The notes under the pieces are model-generated. The model was not told the DNA's origin. It searched no databases and saw only the letters and a list, made by a program, of their open reading frames with translations. Below, in pieces: positions 16,010 to 16,601 of a stretch of DNA of 16,601 bases. This DNA comes from Thermoprotei archaeon (GTDB lineage: Archaea; Thermoproteota; Thermoprotei; Thermoproteales; B15-G16). Position numbers and translations under genes: made by a program. Position 1 is the first letter of the stretch. Every line of letters begins with the position of its first letter. Where the stretch lies: contig QMRC01000019.1 of assembly GCA_003649205.1 (NCBI GenBank), positions 1-16,601 on the forward strand, written 5' to 3'.

Positions 16010-16601
16010 GTGGGTAAGAGAATACTCGTACAGCGAATGGGTAGAGGAAGCCCAACGTTCATATCACCAAGCTGGAAGAGAGTAGGACCAGTCAAGTACA
16101 TACCAATCGACGAGAGACAGCTAACAGGAGCCATCAAGGGAAAGGTAGTGGACCTAGTGCACGACCCAGGTAGAGGAGCACCAGTAGCAGTCATCAGGCT
16201 AGAAGACGGTAGGGAGATGCTCATGGTAGCACCAGAGGGCATGTACATAGGACAGGAAATCGATATAGGAGCTAAGGCACCACCAAACGTAGGAAACGTA
16301 CTACCACTCTTCGCAATACCAGAAGGAACCATGGTATGTAACGTAGAGAAGAGACCAGGAGACGGAGGTAAATTCGCAAGAGCAAGCGGAACATACGCAG
16401 TAGTCCTAGCACACAACAGAGAGAAGAACAAGACCGTGATACAGCTACCAAGCGGAAAGACACTAGAGGTAGATTCAAGAGCAAGAGCAACCATAGGAAT
16501 AGTAGCTGGAGGAGGAAGAGTAGAGAAACCATTCCTCAAAGCAGGAAAAGTCTACCACCTAAGCAAAGTAAAAGCATGGAAATGGCCAAGAGTTAGAGGA
16601 G
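16010..16601 (+). CDS. rpl2: 50S ribosomal protein uL2, 3' end beyond the window
   Basis: GTG at 16010 after SD GGTGA gives MGKRILVQRMGRGSPTF...HDPGRGAPVA...NVEKRPGDGGKFARASGTYA...GIVAGGGRVEKPFLKAG...WPRVRG. Absent from the ORF track. Confidence 0.97.
   Translation, partial: MGKRILVQRMGRGSPTFISPSWKRVGPVKYIPIDERQLTGAIKGKVVDLVHDPGRGAPVAVIRLEDGREMLMVAPEGMYIGQEIDIGAKAPPNVGNVLPLFAIPEGTMVCNVEKRPGDGGKFARASGTYAVVLAHNREKNKTVIQLPSGKTLEVDSRARATIGIVAGGGRVEKPFLKAGKVYHLSKVKAWKWPRVRG

Noticed and set aside
13180-16539. Long minus-strand ORFs (13180-13764, 13917-14441, 14463-14801, 14737-15132, 15934-16539 and similar ones elsewhere)
   Set aside because: They are antisense shadows of conserved r-protein genes, with no recognisable motifs.

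Overview
This is archaeal chromosomal DNA, most likely from a Thermoproteota/crenarchaeon (eS4, eL32 and eL19 genes, TATA-type promoters, GGTGA-type SD sites). Most of the window is a rearranged ribosomal-protein cluster on the + strand: uL24-eS4-uL5-uS14-uS8-(uL6 absent)-eL32-eL19-uL18-uS5-uL30-[decayed glycosidase]-uL15-secY-[PIN-domain protein]-[32-aa basic ORF]-SPOUT methyltransferase-uL3-uL4-uL23-[aspartyl protease + PaREP1 pseudogene]-uL2 (truncated). The left end holds a nucleotidyltransferase (minus strand, truncated) and a HemN-like radical SAM gene. Between them, on the minus strand, is a tRNA-Gly(CCC) with C instead of U at position 33, followed directly by two complete tandem C/D-box guide sRNAs that the ORF track cannot show. 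The best leads are the putative tRNA-sRNA-sRNA polycistron, the small basic ORF (possibly a new ribosomal protein) and the PIN-domain protein after secY.
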